Below are positions 1 through 14,033 of a stretch of DNA of 64,000 bases, in pieces. The DNA is from Eledone cirrhosa (lineage: Eukaryota), in contig OZ024751.1 of the NCBI GenBank assembly GCA_964016885.1, forward strand, positions 38,502,001 through 38,566,000, read 5' to 3'. The notes below the pieces were generated by a model, which saw only the letters and a program-made list of their open reading frames with translations, ran no database searches and was not told the DNA's origin. The stretch's first letter is position 1. Each line of letters opens with the position of its first letter. A program made the position numbers and the translations under genes.

Positions 1-72
1 TTTCAGCCTCACTTTCATATTTTCTAAATTTTGTTTTCAAATCCATATTTAATAAAAACACCATGTTATTTA

Positions 73-134
73 TTCATTCTGTCGACTGAAGACAGATATA
101 AACATCTGCCTTCAAGAAACCACTGGTAAATGAA
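73..134 (+). ncRNA. Type I hammerhead ribozyme-like fold with degenerate core, at the end of a PLE-like tail running into (TA)n
   Basis: Stem I TTCATT/AATGAA; core CTGTCGA (one change from CTGANGA); stem II TGAAG-CAGAT/ATCTG-CTTCA; GAAA at 116-119; stem III CCACTGG; GUA triplet at 126-128. Confidence 0.7.
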
Positions 135-190
135 ATAATTATCTTATGTTGTTTATTTCATAACTAAATATATATATACTGTATATATAT

Positions 191-247
191 AGTCCAGAAA
201 TAGCCGTCGAAACGGCTTGAGCTCTGCCGTCGGGGTCTTGAACATTT
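191..247 (+). mobile_element. 5'-truncated insert, family C, carrying the 3' half of a hammerhead
   Basis: GAAA-CGGC-TTGAGCTCT-GCCG-TC; nearly identical to 3192-3233; flanked by (TA)n. Confidence 0.6.
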
Positions 248-272
248 ATATATATATATATACATATATATA

Positions 273-337
<65 letters not shown>
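246..337. repeat. (TA)n microsatellite
   Basis: Direct reading; representative of dozens of similar arrays in the window. Confidence 0.95.
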
Positions 338-341
<4 letters not shown>

Positions 342-658
342 GAATATAAAGAAAAGCGAACACAGATATATAGATATATGTGTTCAAATCGTAAGGGACC
401 TGATTCGCTAAGCTGAATATTTATTTGTAATTGTTTTCTTAATTTTTTCTTAAATTAAGTCAAGCGAACCCAATTGTCTATAGTTCGTATTCTTTTCACC
501 TTAGCGAATCAGGTTCCTTACGATTTGAACACATATATCTATATAGCTGTGTTCGCTTTTCTTTTATATTCCATTATAATATACGGCTCAGAAATATCTC
601 TTTATTAGAGCTATTTTGTTGTAAGAGACTATTTTGAGTTCCTAACTCAGTTTATACA

Positions 659-662
<4 letters not shown>
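338..662. mobile_element. Fold-back insert between (TA)n arrays, probable PLE end with inverted partial pLTR
   Basis: About 80-bp inverted repeat (338-418 vs 495-576), with the right arm extended by a tail to the (TA)n at 663; no hammerhead recognised. Confidence 0.6.
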
Positions 663-720
<58 letters not shown>

Positions 721-724
<4 letters not shown>

Positions 725-884
725 ATAATAATAAATTTGAAGACTAAAATCCAAAGAGAGCTCGATAAGGATAAATATATATTAAATATATAAGAAACGT
801 AGAGCAAATATTTAGTTAGTTTCAGAAGATCCCGTTAAGGGTGAAAGCAGCCATTCTTTGCTTAAACTTTAATCTGTTATTTTA

Positions 885-890
<6 letters not shown>
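721..890 (+). mobile_element. Family B insert: inverted tail segment followed by hammerhead segment
   Basis: 721-813 is the reverse complement of 31677-31770; 818-890 matches 13638-13697 and 31607-31679; (TA)n on both sides. Confidence 0.75.
818..868 (+). ncRNA. Hammerhead-like fold with CAGAAGA core (family B)
   Basis: Stem I AGTTT/AAACT; CAGAAGA; T-CCC-GTTAA-GGG-T; GAAA; stem III GCA/TGC; CUU triplet. Confidence 0.6.
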
Positions 891-962
<72 letters not shown>

Positions 963-1198
963 TATATATATATAATATATATACATATATACATATATAA
1001 TATATATATATATATAAATATATACATATATAATATATATATATATACATATATACATATATAATATATATATAAATATATACATATATAATATATATAT
1101 ATACATATATACATATATAATATATATATATACATATAATATATATATATATACATATATACATATATATATATACATATATACATATATATATATAT
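889..1198. repeat. (TA)n array grading into a TA-derived minisatellite (TATATACATATATAATA.. units)
   Basis: Direct reading. Confidence 0.9.
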
Positions 1199-1915
1199 AA
1201 TAAGTACAATATCGGAGAAAGCTTTTTAGCGATACTCCGGCCAAATTCCAACTCACTCAACAAACATTAGGAAATAAGTGAGTATATTCCTAATTAGGCG
1301 TTCGGGGTGCTAAATAAAAGTATTGCGTGGAAAATTGGCTGTAATATTTCAAGTGAGACCTATCTAATATATCTCTTCCCAGACGGACGTCTCGTTTCAT
1401 TACAGGATTCCTACAATTTGGGTGAAATTATACCAACTTATGTAGGAGCTTGTATACCATCAATAGATATATATTCAAGTGGGCTCCTTTAATTCATCAG
1501 TGGGTGCCCCAATAATACTAATATTGATAATCTACCCAACATCAGCATTTAGCGATAATCACTTTCTGTGCCTCAGGTATCTGTCAGGTTGCCAGTCCAG
1601 CAGTTCTGAAAGAAGTGCTCAAACTGATTAAAAAAATGAGGAAGTGAATTACCGCCAAAAAAATCAATACATGCGCGTGAGAATGAACTCTGAAAGGAAT
1701 TCAGGCCACGTGCTAAGAACTCATTTGGAAATTGAAAAATATCTATGTGTGTACAACATTTGATGACACACACAGATATTTTCTCGGGCAAAATGACAGA
1801 ATGAGATATAAGGAACAATCAATATTCATATATAAAAAATAAACAAAGAGATGCTAACCTTATACCGGGAATTTTTTTCAAATCTGCTGCGCCAAGAGTA
1901 AGTAAATAAATACGA
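1199..1915 (-). mobile_element. Probable PLE 3' region (minus strand) ending in (TA)n
   Basis: Contains an intact HHR at 1378-1504 followed by a ~180-nt tail into (TA)n; 5' limit uncertain. Confidence 0.5.
1378..1504 (-). ncRNA. Type I hammerhead ribozyme with 79-nt structured loop II
   Basis: Minus strand: CCCA-CTGATGA-ATTAAAGG-[79 nt]-CCTGTAAT-GAAA-CGAGACGTCC-GTC-TGGG; canonical core, GUC triplet, palindromic GACGTC in loop III. Confidence 0.8.
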
Positions 1916-2106
1916 TATATATATACAGTTCAAGAGTAACCAATCTTAAAGAGAGAGATGGAGATAGTAGAGGAGATATGAGAGGAAAGATTGGTGAGTT
2001 AGTTAGAAGCCAAAGCGTAAAGGCATGTGCTCAATGTGCAATATGCAGTAGAAAGCAGCTAGGTGGCTGGGTTCCTGCAGAGGTTAGGTGCGCAGAGCAG
2101 GAAATA

Positions 2107-2463
2107 GTTGAGACTGCTTCGAATACCAGCTCTTATATCGGGTCTACCTCTAACCCTTTTAAGGTACGCTATAACGCGCACTCTTTTTCCTTCCGAGACC
2201 CTAGCAACAGATGTTCGACATCGCTAGCTAGGCTCATTAAAAACCTTAAATTAAACAAAGTTCAACACTCACTAAAATGGGATATCGTAGCTAGGGCCCA
2301 ACCGTTCAATGGACGGAGGAAATCTTGTGATCTCTGTGTTACGGAAGCATATTACATAACTCTATCACAACCTCTACCAATTAACGATAGAACGGAGGTA
2401 ACCATTAGCTGTCAACATCGAAGGGCTAATTCCTTCGCCAATAGAGTTTTTGACCCAACTTAG
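2107..2463 (+). pseudogene. C-terminal GIY-YIG endonuclease fragment of a Penelope-like retroelement (Nematis-like pattern)
   Basis: SYIGSTSNPFKVRYNAHSFSF...TSL...LKWDIV...CDLC..E...INDRTE...CQH; the upstream part of ORF 1978-2463 is unrelated sequence. Confidence 0.85.
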
Positions 2464-2830
2464 TCATTTAGCCCCATCTCTAATTGTAGCTAATAAGTTA
2501 AATTGCTATGAACAACTCGATAATTATAAGTTACCTCCCCTATATTGCCTCTCAATTAAATAATTTAAATACTAGCACATAACTATAAAATACACACAAT
2601 CTCTAATCTCTCGAGAAGTTACTTCCCCTGAAACCACCCTCTAATTAGTAAGGTAAATATGCTCTTTGGCAGCCATCTTGTTACCCATAGGCAGATCTCA
2701 CACAATGCAGCCTCGACAGATGAGTACTGCTTGATTATGGCTGACAGCTGATGCAACCAAGGCACCATAGTAAAAACTATTATATGGAACATTATATTAT
2801 GTAACATTATTTTAATTTATATTCCTTTGA

Positions 2831-2951
2831 GTTCCGATGAGCCACTCTGTTTTTTTAAATATATTAATTATTTTCAACTGAACCAGATCAATTATGATAC
2901 ATAGTAATCTGATCCAGAAATATTATACGGAGTAGCGAAACAATTGTAAAC
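2831..2951 (+). ncRNA. Type I hammerhead fold with CCGATGA core and long hairpin loop II
   Basis: GTT-CCGATGA-GCCACTCTGT-[76 nt]-ACGGAGTAGC-GAAA-CAATTG-TA-AAC; palindromic CAATTG; GUA triplet. Confidence 0.75.
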
Positions 2952-3078
2952 GGACATTATTATTATTAATATTATTATTATTATTATTCTCTACATTCCT
3001 TACATCAAACTAAATATGTTGACAATCTTTTAATAATGTCTTCCTTGTGAAATGTGTGGTCTTACTTTGCTAAACTAA

Positions 3079-3323
<245 letters not shown>

Positions 3324-3454
3324 ATATATATATATATATACGTCGTGGAACTTGAGGTTGGTTCAAATAAATATTAATCTATTTCCCTACAAATTAATAA
3401 CATTTTATTTACAGAAAATAATACGTATGTATGTATATATGCATGAATATATAA

Positions 3455-3502
<48 letters not shown>

Positions 3503-4847
3503 CGGTGAGAGTGAAATAGAGAGAGAGAGTGAAAGAGAGAGTAAGAGAGAGAGAGGGAGAACTAGTTAGAGAGTGAGAGGTGATGTATAGATACAAGAGG
3601 AGTATTATTATGTTTGATATGTACACAGAACCACATGTATGTATAAACATACACGCATATATACATACATATACACATACATATAACAAACATACATACT
3701 CATGCATTCATACATACATACATACATATATACATATACATCTTTTTATCTCTTTTCATTTGTTTTGGTTTTGAATTTCCGTCCAAATGAATTAGAACGT
3801 GGGTTGTATGTTGTAATAATGTAATATATGATGACATTGTCATATCGTTTAGTTTCCTGTCATGATTTTATGCACCAGCAGCTGTCAATGACAATTCTAA
3901 ATGTGACACCCATTTTTCCGTGTCTGCCAGCTAAGAAATGTGCTACTTTCCCCAACAGCCAATATGGAGTTTCGTAAAATCTGCTTACCGAGCGGAACTC
4001 GAGGAGTTCGTGATCTGCATTAACTGGGAATTGACTAGAAGCTATATACACTAAACACACACACACTACAAATACTGGAATATGAATGTTAACAATAAAT
4101 AAATTGATTTGAAATAAACAAAACAAAATCTAGGATTACATAAATTATGTTAGATGCTTTTTAGTTTTAACAATTAGGAAATTAATGTCGATGTCTTTTA
4201 TATTATTTTTATATTCTAAAATATTAATTCGGGAATATTGGTATAAGATACATTGCGAAATGCGAAAATCTTCAGTCCCAAGTTTCAAGTTTCCATAATC
4301 CACAAAATGTAGACTATAGAGGCTTTAACATATCTAATATTTTTATAATTTTGCTTGGTGATAATAAGGCTCTTATGTACACATTAATTTTAAAATATAT
4401 TTTCCTATTGGCAAAATAACTATTATAAAGACTCCACGAGTCCTCCGAAAAACAGTAGGGATATTATAAATTTCTAAAACATAAATCTATTTCAATATTC
4501 TATATTCTGACTATTTGTCTTAGGAAACTAGAAACCGAACGTTTGAAGGCAAAATTATTAGGTAGCACATGAGTGGCCTTTCTAACAACTAGAAAGAGTA
4601 GCAAAATCATATATAATAACACACACAGTGTTAAAGAATGATAACTTAGACATCTGTGTAGTTGTGGATATACAAAACAAGTACAAGGGTCACGGTTAGA
4701 ATAAGAAAATTATTACAACAACCAGACCAAGTATTATTTGAAGCTCACCAATAACAACTAATGAACAGACTTTACTCTTTACACATACGTTACCACAGCA
4801 TTAAAATAAATTACATTTATTTAAAAAGACATTTCCTAGTTTTATAG

Positions 4848-4967
4848 ATGCTATTTCAGCATTATTCTTCTCTCAACTTCAATTTGCTTTACATAATTTC
4901 TCTGGCAAGAAATTCACTATTATGCGCAGTGAGCGAAGGGTAAGGTTTACTGACCAAACAAGAAAAG
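4848..4967 (+). CDS. Candidate isolated 120-nt host exon, product unknown
   Basis: ttttatAG acceptor, AAG/GTAAGT donor, open phase 1-1 frame (AISALFFSQLQFALHNFSGKKFTIMRSERRVRFTDQTRK); no homology recognised. Confidence 0.3.
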
Positions 4968-5838
4968 GTAAGTGAGTTAATTGATAGTGACAAGGTTTTG
5001 TTACGTGATTTAGTCTGAACAATGTATTTTCCTTTGTAAAATCTAATGTTACTGACCTTATTCGACTGCGATGTATTCCGGGTTTACATTACGTTTGAAT
5101 TTTATTGACTTTGACGCTTTAATAGGTGACTTAATAAACTTTGGCACCTTTGCTAAACATGATCTCTAATATTTATATATAAATGGCTATTTCTTTTACA
5201 AGTGGTGGTGACATTATTTCGGTGCAAACTCGAAATATCAAGAGAAATATCAATAATGCCTGTCCGAAAAAGCAATTTCTCTCCACGTCTTAAAATTAAC
5301 ACATCACACGACATCAATATTTCTTTGCTAACATTTCAAGCAAATATATTATACTTTGTTTCATATATCCATATACCGGTTATAATCGCAACACGATCTC
5401 ATTATCTATGAGAATTACTGAATCCTTATTAACTGATCAGGATTGACATAATTCATAATTTTCAAAGGAAATTTAGAGTTTATGATTATTACTCGTGTAT
5501 AGGAATATCAATTATTATACATATACAGGGGCTATAGTCATCTGGTACGATGCTTGGTCATGTTTGTTGTGTTGGTACGGTGTATGGTAGTGTTGACGTC
5601 TTCTGATGGCATGTGAATATAAATCTTAGAACCATAGAAGATATAATAGAACAAAGTGAGCAGGAATGGAAACACATCCATACTTAAGCTAATGGGTGGT
5701 TGTATATCTTGGCTAGGGTCAGGGGAGCAACAATCCCAGTTCAAATAGATACATTTCGACAAGATGGAGATGTTTTCACCGTCACTGAAAAGAAATGTAT
5801 AACTGCGTCATTGATATGATATTATTACTTAGTATTTA

Positions 5839-6021
5839 GGGCGGTGAATTGGCAGTATCGGTAGAGGGTCGGATATGCTTTCCAGCATAGTTACGTCCCT
5901 TTACGATCTGAGTTCAAATCCCGCCGAGGTTAACTTTGCCTTTCATCCATACAGAGGTCGATAACATAAAGTACCAGTAATGTACTGGGTAACTGCTGGC
6001 ATTGTGCCAAAAGTAGAAACA
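5839..6021 (+). mobile_element. tRNA-derived SINE, full length, short-body subfamily (Meta-type core)
   Basis: A box TGGCAGTATCGG, B box GAGTTCAAATCCC, core GCCTTTCATCC..GGTCGATAA..AGTACCAG; 15-bp TSD ATTACTTAGTATTTA (5824-5838, 6022-6036). Confidence 0.92.
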
Positions 6022-7285
6022 ATTACTTAGTATTTAACAAATTATTTCTAACTCATTAAGACACGATGTGAAAATCAACATTTATTATAAATTCATTTTT
6101 GCAAAATCTCTGTATAAGGAGCATTAACTTCTCATCTCCAGTACTGAGTTTGTAAGGGTTAACGACGATGATTCTATCAAACCTAATATACACGTATTTG
6201 TGATCGTGACACGGTTACTGTTCTATGTTATACGACCACAGCTTAAAATACACACAATTAGACTATATAAGTTTACTATAGATAAGCATGTTGTTTGTCT
6301 TTCATTATACGATATTAATCCTTAATATTTATCATTTTTGTATCAAAGAAAATCTTCCTCGATTCATTGTTGTTTGATGTTTCACGTATTTAAATGAAAG
6401 CTGTTTTAAGACATCTATTGGAATTAACATAAATATCCGCCCCCTCTCTGAGAAAAAAACCTAACATCGGCAATTTATTATTGATGTTCTTTTTGTTTTT
6501 AAACTCTAACATAACAAAGGTATTTTTCATTTCCGGTGCGAAAGTTTGGCATTATCGATCATAATCAAGAACTTAACGAATGATAACGCAATCCTATTAA
6601 TAAGTATTTAAGATCTATGAGCCAATTTACAAGAATTTCATTTATCCGCCAATATTTGCTGTCGTGTTTCAAAAACATTTAACAAGCAAAGGAAGTGTGA
6701 CCGGATATTTAAAAGTAGAAATGAAGCAAGATTTTGATACTGTCAATATCGTTGTTATAACAATTATTATGTTTGAATTAATATCCGGCGTTCCAGCGTA
6801 ATGCTTGGAACAATAATAGACGTTTTTGTAGTAGTCTGCATTGTATATTATCTCGAAATATTTCAGGACTCTTCATCAAGATGAAAAAAAGGGAGAAAAA
6901 TACATCATCATCATAGCAATAAACGAAGTGTATATGTTATGCATCAGGAATTGAAGAGATACTCTTAATTATAAGAATGTGTTTGATGATGAAGTAGTGA
7001 AGTGAAAGAAGGATATTTCCAGATTTAATTTCCGTCAAATTAATTTCATCCTGTCTAAAGTACAGCTAACGATTATAACATACTTTCTCGGTGCATACCC
7101 AAATTCAAACGTATTATATTTATGACTATTAAATTAGTTATTTAGTTCAGTTAAATACGATATATCTATGATATTATAATAACTATAAAGCGTTTTCTTG
7201 TTACCCGCTTTCACACTCTCAATATTGTTGGTTTGGATGTCCTGTACACACATACTCGCACATCTGTGTATCTATATATATATAT

Positions 7286-7562
7286 GTGGCGAAAATGGCC
7301 CGAGTGAATTGGCCTTCTCTATATATAAACCTGTAGGTTGAGGAACATAAACAGAGGGTGTTCCTGGTGTTGAGGGTTGTTCTATCAACGGGGTGTAAAA
7401 CAACCCCGCAGTAACATTCTCCCGTAACGGGGATTTCAATTGTTTTATTTTATATATAGTTTATTGTTATTTATCATTGTTGTTAAATATTTTATGTAAA
7501 AACTCCGCCGTCACGTCTTGTAATGTCCCATTTTTGTGCGCCCCTATGGCAAATAAAGAAAT
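7286..7562 (+). mobile_element. Probable 3' end (ORF2 end plus 3' UTR) of a Tx1/L1-type LINE inserted in TA-rich repeat
   Basis: Short frame VAKMARVNWPSLYINL*, T-rich UTR, ends GCCCCTATGGCAAATAAAGAAAT; family assignment from recalled cephalopod repeats. Confidence 0.45.
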
Positions 7563-8307
7563 ATCTATATCTATATATGCGTGTGTGTGTGTGTGTGTGT
7601 ATGGATATATATGTATCTATGTTCAAGGCCAGCAATTTTGGTGGAGAGGAAAATTGTACATAGTAAAATTTATGAAAGTATACACACTAATGTGTGTGGG
7701 ATTTTGTACATGTGCGCGCATGCGTGAAATAACCATTACTGACAAGCTCAAGATATACTTATTTTTAATTCTATCGCAATTCAGAATCATTTAACAGTGT
7801 ACTGTAACTCACCAACCCGATATATTAATCATTCCTCGTTTCAATATATTTCGTTGTGTATGATCTTTAATTTAGAAATGAAGCTGACAACTATTCTGAA
7901 ATCTCAATCATTGTATATACACTTGTGTATTTTCAATGAATTTTCAAGGAGTTTACTGTACGTTTCTCTAAGCGTTGTGCAGCCGTAATTTGCTAAAATA
8001 TTATTAATATAAATAAAGCCGGAACCCTATATCTCTATAAGATTGTTAACGTATTCCAATGCAGATAGAATTTAAAAATAAATAATTACAAATAATTGTG
8101 CTTAGAGAAAAGAAGCAATATTTCTTCAGTGGTTAATATTGTATCAGTTGAGTTGATATAATTGCATCCATCCACGAAACAGACGCTTCATCATACTTAG
8201 CTATGAAGAAATACCCACGAAGTAATAGTAACATTTTATTCTATCTTGATATGGATGCAGGCAATTTACCATGTGGAATCTACTATCATAATAAACAAGA
8301 TAATAAT

Positions 8308-8502
8308 GATTTCTAATTTAGGCACAAGGCTAACAATTTTGTAGGGGGGTGGGGAGTCGATTAAATCAATCTCAGTGAATTACTGGTGCTTTGTATTAGC
8401 GGCGCCATAAGGATGAAAGGTAAAGCTAACATTGGTGAGATTTTATCTCAGAATATAATGGACTGTAACTCTGCAACAACGCATGTTGTCCGGCACTCTA
8501 AC
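8308..8502 (-). mobile_element. Diverged SINE copy, long-body subfamily
   Basis: Reverse-complement similarity to 55459-55675. Confidence 0.75.
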
Positions 8503-8513
8503 GAAATAATAAT

Positions 8514-8716
8514 GATTTTTACTTTTGGCACACGGCCGGCAATTTGAAAGAGAGGCGTATATTGTTTAAAATCGACACCAGTGTTTACTGGTACTTTATT
8601 GTGTAAATCCCGTCAGAATGAAAGGCAAAGCTAACCTGAGAAAGTAACTCAGAAATAAACTCTATGCTGCAAAGCGTGTTGACCGCCGCTATACCGATAC
8701 TGCCAACCCACCGGCC
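8514..8716 (-). mobile_element. Diverged SINE copy, tandem to the previous one
   Basis: TTACTGGTACTTTATT, GATACTGCCAA and tail motifs shared with the other copies. Confidence 0.75.
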
Positions 8717-11002
8717 TAATAATTAAAAGAGTGTATCAAAGCCCGTCTCTCAAATATAAACGAGATAAAAGTTAATTGGTCAGATATTGTACTCGAAGAC
8801 CAGAAACGAAATAAATTGTTTCTTATTAGTATACCAATCTCCACAAGTAAAAATATATTTGGACGATGAAAACAAAAGCAATCCCTATAAAATAGGTTTT
8901 CTGAAAGAGACAAACACACAGAGAATCAAAGAGAGCCGGATAAACACTGTCGAAACCTACAAATATACGCAATATTAAGAAAACAGCAATAGTAACCAAT
9001 ATAAACACATTAGAAATAGCATTATAAATACACTAGAAGCAAAGAGCTGTACCTGTTAATGCAGTGACAATGCAAAATGAATGGAGAAAAAGATTGATGA
9101 TAATACTAATAAAAATCGTAACAAGACAAGGACAACAATAATAACACACATATTAATATGTTGACATTTGCATGTATTCTCATGGATTTGAATTAAGTAA
9201 CTGCATCATTCATATCTATCATTTTATCCATTCATACATCAATTTGAATTTAGGATGGTGACCACACTATTTGTTTTGGGGGTATATTATATCATCGCTT
9301 CAACCTCTTTCGTTCCTGGCATTACTAATAGCTTTATTTAACTACGAGGTTTGTGATTTTCATTCGGTTTCTCCATTCTGGTACATAACCTAAATTTCTC
9401 ATGTTTGATTTCGTCTTCCTTAGCGCGTTTCCTATCACAAACCTCCATTATATTTACTATTTTTCCTTCTCTTTTTCTGCAGTTCTTAGATTATATTCTT
9501 AAAAGTAAGCAATACAAATGTTGTTTGCGAACGTGTTATCTTAAAATGTTATTAAGCATTGCTCTATCTAACATTGTAAGTCGGGATTATAAATTTGTCT
9601 CGAGATTGGTGGTAGTAAAAAAAAAAATAATATATATACGTATAAGAAAGAGCAACGTGTACATTAATCTTTCTCAGGAAGGACCCTAGGCGGTCACAAA
9701 TAGGTGACATGTTTGCTCGTAAACAACTATTTTATGCCGTTCTCTATCGCAATCTTATTTACCGTTCTGAACATATAACCTTTTTCCTCGTACAATGCAC
9801 AACAGACACAAACTACTTTAAATTCCAGCAAGAAATAAGATGATTTGATATACAAGAACTTTTTCAATTACACTGTTTGGCAAAAACTCCCATTTAAGAT
9901 TTCGTCCCAGTAAATTGGTCGTCAGAGAACTAATATTATTTGCAACCTTATATAAATCAAACTGAGAAGGCAATATTTATTTCTTATTTGTTATTTTTAT
10001 CATTCCTCTTTATAATTGATTTACTTAGATAATAATGTGTATTATATAAGATCTAGTACATTTTCTCTCTCTTCAATCCAACTCCTTTTGATTTCATACA
10101 ATAAATAATAATGGTTTTAAAGCTATATATATACTATATTCTAAAGTTTGTTGGAGATCATTCTTTTTATATTACGCAGTCTCATGCAGAATTGGACGTG
10201 GGCGCCAGCATCACTCAAACTGCAAAAATTAGACAACGGGAATTTGCAGCATTGCATTTATATTATTGGTAGATGGAGTAGGAATAACAGCAATTGTTAA
10301 CATGAGCACAATACTGCATCTATTATCGCATTTAATGGAGCCCGAGACCAGATCTCGACTGGTGCAGGTTTTATCGATCCCGGGATGATAAAGGACTTAG
10401 TTAACCTCCAATGTTATTTAACTCATTTGAAACGCAAATTTACGTAACTAAATAATACAAGATTTGTTTTTATTCAGAGCCAGGTTATTCCTGATTAAAC
10501 TGATATATCGTTTAATGATATCCTACCAAGATCAATCAGTTCTTTGCGCGTTTCTACATTATATCATTATTACTTAAGAAATTTGATTCTCTTTTCTGGA
10601 AGAATGGTTCACTATTTATAGTGGAACTCTCACTATGTCGGTTTTATATCTTTAGACACCCATTATCATATATCAGCAACAATAGGAATAATATTATCCA
10701 AACGAGGCAAACATCTCATGTCTTATTTGAAGGTGTAAAGAGTTGTATAATCTATTAATGTATTACGCCAGAGGTAAAGAGAGTAAAGTCCACAGTGGAT
10801 GAACTAAACTTGTTATGTAATAGAACAGATATAATCACCGCATCACTAAACTGATTGTAATTTAACCATGATATTTCTCATGTCTCATATGGCCACTGGC
10901 GGCAATTTTAGTAATACATACATACATCTACTACAGGAAACATTAAACTATATGGGTTAAAAACGTCTAGGAATATATGAGAAATTAAAACTTATTAAAA
11001 AT

Positions 11003-11068
<66 letters not shown>

Positions 11069-11142
11069 TGCGATTATAGCTTACGAAGAATGAGATATAT
11101 GAGAAAACGGAAGAAAAATGCTGACTTATCGATATCTATGGT

Positions 11143-11187
<45 letters not shown>

Positions 11188-11693
11188 CTGTGTTTGTGTG
11201 TGTATACATAAATAAGTGTATATTTAAATACAAATGTATACACACACAAACACCATACATACATGCATACTATACACACATACATAAGTAGATTTATTTA
11301 TATAGAACTTATATACGAAAAGTATTCTGTATATCTGAACTCTTATGAAATTTAATTTAATAAATTTCTCAATTTCTTTATTGTGTCTTTGATACGGAAG
11401 GCGGAAATTAAGTGAGGCCTTTAAAGGTGCTAAAAATTAATTTTTTATCGTACTTCATTTTTTACCACACACACACACACACACGCACACACACGCTTAG
11501 AGAGAAGGAAAATATATATATATATATATATGTATTGATAGATATATATATAGAGAGAGGGAAGGAGGTAGTTAGACAGATATACAGAGAGAGATTGAGT
11601 GTCACGCTCAAAATGAATATATAGACGCCTGCAGACAGACACATACCTATATGGACACACACACACACACACAAACATATATATATATATACA

Positions 11694-11745
<52 letters not shown>

Positions 11746-12070
11746 GATATATATAAACTGACCATAAATGTTTCTACAAAGCAATATTTGAAAATAAAAA
11801 CGTTTCAACTAAGTTACCCCCGAGATATAAAAGTTCTCCTCGTTGCAGTTTGTTGTCGACACAAGAACTAATGTAATTTTCTCAATTAAATTATACTTTG
11901 ATTTCATCACAAGAAGAATTTCCATTATTGTAAGGAATCCGAACTTGTAACAAGTATATTTGACAATTTCGAAAATTGAAAATATTCAAAAATTTGCGAT
12001 AGAAATAAATTACATCATTAACTGGCTACCATTAATTAGTTTTGACAAACCACTGTCTGTAGGAAACCTC

Positions 12071-12107
<37 letters not shown>

Positions 12108-12318
12108 CAAACTCACACAACGCACACAGACACGCACACCCACATGCACACACACATATATATATATATAAATATGAACACATACACACACCCATATATA
12201 TGTACACACACACACACACATATATATATACATACACACACACAGGTATATATATAGCTACCACTATACACAACTATATATATATATATAGAGAGACAAA
12301 TATATATATATACATACA

Positions 12319-12350
<32 letters not shown>

Positions 12351-12377
12351 GACAAATATATATATATACATACATGT

Positions 12378-12416
<39 letters not shown>

Positions 12417-12447
12417 CCAAATATTTATATATATACATACATACATG

Positions 12448-12518
<71 letters not shown>

Positions 12519-12798
12519 TCAAAGATGGCTGGACAATCAGTTTGATATTATTTAATAAGTTTTCAACGATGAAAGTCATAAATAACACTTACCAAATATG
12601 AAAACTTTTCAAAGTTCCGGAAAAATTAAAAATACAAATGTTACAAACCTACTAAGAAAAGTGTTTAGACATATACGAACGTAGTAATAGTAAAACTATC
12701 AAATAGATACACACATACACACAGAGGTATATGTATATGTATGTGTGTATATATATGTACAAAATACCCCCACACACAGAGGCATTTGTATATGTATG

Positions 12799-12848
<50 letters not shown>

Positions 12849-13414
12849 TGAGAGAGTGAGAGAGAGAGAGGGGGAGAGAGAGCGAGAGAGAGATAACTAG
12901 GCAAACAGAATCCCTTAGAATGCAAATATGCCCGGGGGCAATTGACAACACAATTCTTTGCACATGAATATAAATATATTTTGTATTCAAAATATTATTT
13001 TTCTTTTTCAGTTTTCCGATATTAACAAATCGAATATATCCCAATGAAATGCATCACTGTAAAACCACAAAATTGTTCTACTGAGTATATTTATAGTTAT
13101 CGTAAACACAACTTCTTACCCGGTTTCCGAATCATGTTACTTTTTAATATGAATTTTGCAATTCCCAGTTAAATATGAATTCGGAATGATTTTAATCATC
13201 AAAGATTGTATATTTTATTAAATGTAAATCAATCAAATTTTCGATAAAAATATAAGGCGATATTCTAGAAAATTACTTTCATATCTTTGAACATTATTTT
13301 TCTAAACTCACTGCTACTAATTTATGTTATCTTTATACAGTCGCAAGCATGCAACGTATATTTCTGAAAGGCCATTGCTCTTGTATGTGTGTGAATTTGC
13401 CTATATATATATAT

Positions 13415-13469
13415 ATAGGAACGAGTGGGGTTCTACTCGTTCCTATTACCCACTCTACTACCCTAAGTA
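13415..13469 (+). mobile_element. Family C tail fragment with small 5' inversion
   Basis: ATAGGAACGAGT/ACTCGTTCCTAT hairpin; continues as ..CTACTACCCTAAGTA as in 3240-3268. Confidence 0.6.
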
Positions 13470-13476
13470 TATATAT

Positions 13477-13573
<97 letters not shown>

Positions 13574-13594
13574 TATATATATATATATATATTA

Positions 13595-13798
<204 letters not shown>

Positions 13799-14005
13799 CA
13801 CAAATTAACTTATTAATTCTGGCAATATTATTACACACATATGACCCTCCCCAAGTATATATATATATATATATATAATTATTTATATATACACATATGT
13901 ATATATATATGTATGTAAAATGTAAACAGAAATAACAACGCAATCAGTAGTGTATATGGAAGGGATATATTATGTGAACGCTTGATATAGCTGGAAGAGG
14001 TTCTT

Positions 14006-14033
14006 AACGTTTCGGACGCTTGTCCTTCATCAG
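14006..14033 (-). ncRNA. Minimal hammerhead core lacking stem I
   Basis: CTGATGA-A-GGAC-AAGC-GTCC-GAAA-CGTT; abuts a degenerate SINE head at ~14033-14100. Confidence 0.5.

Noticed and set aside
1978-2106. N-terminal CAQCAIC 'zinc finger' of ORF 1978-2463
   Set aside because: It lies upstream of the apparent truncation point in purine-rich sequence and lacks the first (VIY-type) GIY motif; probably a fortuitous fusion.
5839-5930. tRNA genes at A/B-box motifs
   Set aside because: No cloverleaf is apparent; the motifs continue into SINE core and tail with TSDs.
6845-6885. Minus-strand TTGATGA-AG..CT-GAAA motif
   Set aside because: C3 is lost without compensation, stem II is only 2 bp and stem I is ambiguous.
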